From: Lama guanicoe
Lineage: Eukaryota
DNA: 64,000 nt
Reading direction: 5' to 3'
Assembly: GCA_013239625.1 (NCBI GenBank)
Contig: MU054187.1
Coordinates: 3,917,757-3,981,756, forward strand
Shown: positions 61,596 through 64,000 of the stretch, piece after piece
How positions within the stretch are numbered: position 1 is the stretch's first letter
Layout of the letters: each line of letters opens with the position of its first letter
The notes under the pieces: model-generated
Databases searched by the model: none
Seen by the model: the letters and a program-made list of their open reading frames with translations, nothing else
What the model was told of the DNA's origin: nothing
Translations under genes and position numbers: made by a program

Positions 61596-64000
61596 ATTCA
61601 CGGAATCAATCAATCACAATGTTCTGTTGTACTAGGAAATATACGTACGTGCAAGACATCCCTGGGGCCTCAAACTTAAGTTTTATTTTTGGCACGACTA
61701 TTGACTGCATTTTTTTGTGATCTTGAATCGGGTCCTTAAAATTCCTTACAGAGAAGCAAGTGTGCATCCTCAAGGAATGAAAACTTGCGAGATTTTCTGC
61801 CTTTCAGACTTGTGAATTGTAGGTGTTGGATACAGTGCGGGATTCTGAGTGTGAGGAGCGTGCAGGGACAGTCAGGTTGTTATTTGCCTCCGGCTGCTGG
61901 AGCCAGGGTGATCACTGCATTCGCTCCAAGAGGTCACGTCGAGGTAGAGAGAAGCCCTTCATGCTGGAATTACTGATGCTTCAGCTCGTACGCTTTCCCC
62001 ACAAAAGCAGCTTTCCTGTCTGGCTGGAGGCCTGGGGGCGAGGCCCGAGCCAACGGGGTCCGGCAGCAGCTCTGCTACGACTGATCCCCTGGTATCCTGT
62101 CTGGCTGCCAGCGTGGAAACTGCCTCACTTTCCAGGCAGCCCCCATGGCTGCCGTCCTCTGCAACCCAATTCTTTTAAAAGCTGAGGGCCAAGTCCCACA
62201 GAGCTGGAGCCAGGAAATCCTGGCCACCTAAGCTTTTGAGAGTCAAGGAGTCAAAGAACCAAACAATGTTGGCTTGTGGTGGCTCGCTTGGATCTGAGCC
62301 CCCTTAGAAGGTTTCCTGTAAATGGCCTGAATATGTATTTTGTTTCTCACTGCAATAACATTTCAGCACATTGCCTCTGTTCAGAGCGCTCCGAAGCAGG
62401 CAGTAATTATGGGCAGTGGAAGTGATCGCTGCACCTACACTTTTGTAAATCTGGCTCCCTGTGGTGGAATGTTTTTAACACCCCGAAAAGGAGAGGATGT
62501 ACTTTTCTGGCATTTGTATTAACCTGAGGCTTTAAGGGACTGTCACAAAATACGACTCTGGACAAATGGGAACAGTGTGACAGAAAAGTCCAAAGTTTCC
62601 CTTGAATTCTATATACTGGTCCCTGGTTATGAGATTACAGGCAGTTTCAGGTGCTTTTTACCTTTTTGATGGATTAAATCTGAATGAAAGGGAAAAGAAA
62701 GCTATTAGGTATTTTAGAAGTAAATTCTCACATATATTACAATGTATCTTGTATTAGCTCAGATTGTGTAAAAAGGGGAAAACATCCTGCACGTCACTTA
62801 CTATATTTAGGGGTAGCATTTCCTCTCCAAAATAAGAACATAATCAATTTCAAAGCAAAAATTGCAGTGAGAGAGGACTATTCACCACGGGGAGACTTTC
62901 AATCGTGTCATATACCAGCAACATCAATTCTTTTTCTTCCTGTTTATTTTTCATGATAACCTTTATAAATTTGTCAGTCTTCACCGTACTTTGTTTAAAG
63001 AGGCTTTACTGATTCTGAATCTGTCTTCTCTTATTTATAAAAAAAAAATCAATACAAATTTAGATATTCATTGTAACCAGGACAGTCCATACATGTCAAA
63101 AACAGAGAACTGCAACTTTCTTGAAGGAAGTAGAGGAAACTGTTCTAAAGGGGAGTCAGAGGGGTGCTGTTTAAATAAACCCAGCTTTCAACGTGTTACA
63201 TGAAAACAGGGTGGAGATTATACGTGGAGTGTATTAAGCGTTGCCTGTTGTGAGTTTAGCCGCGGGGATAGAGGTGAGCTGACATTGCAGAGGTGTGTGA
63301 GATTCACTTTACTGGGTACCTAGATCTTCCCTCTTCCCTTAGTGCACATCAGCTGCTGTAAGAGCGAGTCTCTGTTCTCTGAGCACACACCCATCAGCGT
63401 GCCGTGGGTGTGTCAGCTCGGAGCCTGTCAGTGAGGACACAAGGAGAGCCCGAGTCTTACACGGTCGCTTGCAGCGCGGTTTGTCCGCTTGCTGATGATT
63501 GCACCGCGATTCTTGATGGATCTGATGCCGGGTGATCAAACAGCTCAGGTGCGTTAGACTCCAGGACTACCCTGAGTGCGGGAATGACCCGTGTCCCAGG
63601 TCAGACAACAGCTTCTCATTTCTCAGTGTATTTGCCAGACTGTGAGGTCTTGCCCATGGTGTAGAGGAGTGACTTGTATTGGAGAGGCAAATGCACACAC
63701 ACTTCTATACCCAGGACAGCCATGGCTCCCCAGGCACAGAGACCTCTCTTCTGAGTCCAGATACAGCTTCAGAATCATTCTCAACACAGCGCCCTAGGCA
63801 GCCACTGCCGATCGTCTGAAACAGGCACGTCAGATGTCCTCACTCCCCCGACCTAGCGCAGGTGTGCTCCCAGAGTTCTGACGGAGGCCCCAACGGGCAA
63901 GGTGAGCGCGCTGATGGCGGGGAGGGAGGGCGTGCAGACAGCCCTCCCATCAGGGGAGCCTCAGGTGACAAGACAGCAGCAGCTACAGGCTGTCAAATGA

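Noticed and set aside
1..64000. Prokaryote-style operon, defence system, tRNA or rRNA genes
   Set aside because: The sequence is repeat-rich mammalian DNA with no long ORFs or structured-RNA signatures that I could recognise.

Overview
Mammalian genomic DNA, most likely a camelid (Camelus/Vicugna/Lama). This is inferred from camelid-type L1 3' ends, a camelid SINE tail at about 29.86 kb, and no recognisable Alu, B1, BovB/Bov-tA, PRE1 or Can-SINE copies. A large share of the window is interspersed repeats: MaLR and ERV1 solo LTRs, L1 of several ages, L2, MIR, CR1/L3, Tigger1 and MER5. Several young insertions have readable target-site duplications. I recognise no known protein-coding gene, tRNA, rRNA or CRISPR array, and most listed ORFs are repeat-derived or chance. 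The main non-repeat structure is: (1) a small CpG island at about 15.56-16.0 kb with divergent splice donors, consistent with a bidirectional promoter; (2) a hand-assembled, phase-consistent minus-strand exon chain from that island (at least 107 codons, unrecognised protein, low confidence); (3) a 20-bp-period GC-box array at 33.14-33.27 kb; (4) a well-formed plus-strand exon at 57125-57330 ending in ATG/GTGAGT. Repeat family names come from memory of consensus sequences, and boundaries without a TSD are approximate. I see no firm evidence of a new biological system; the exon chain and promoter candidates are the best leads.
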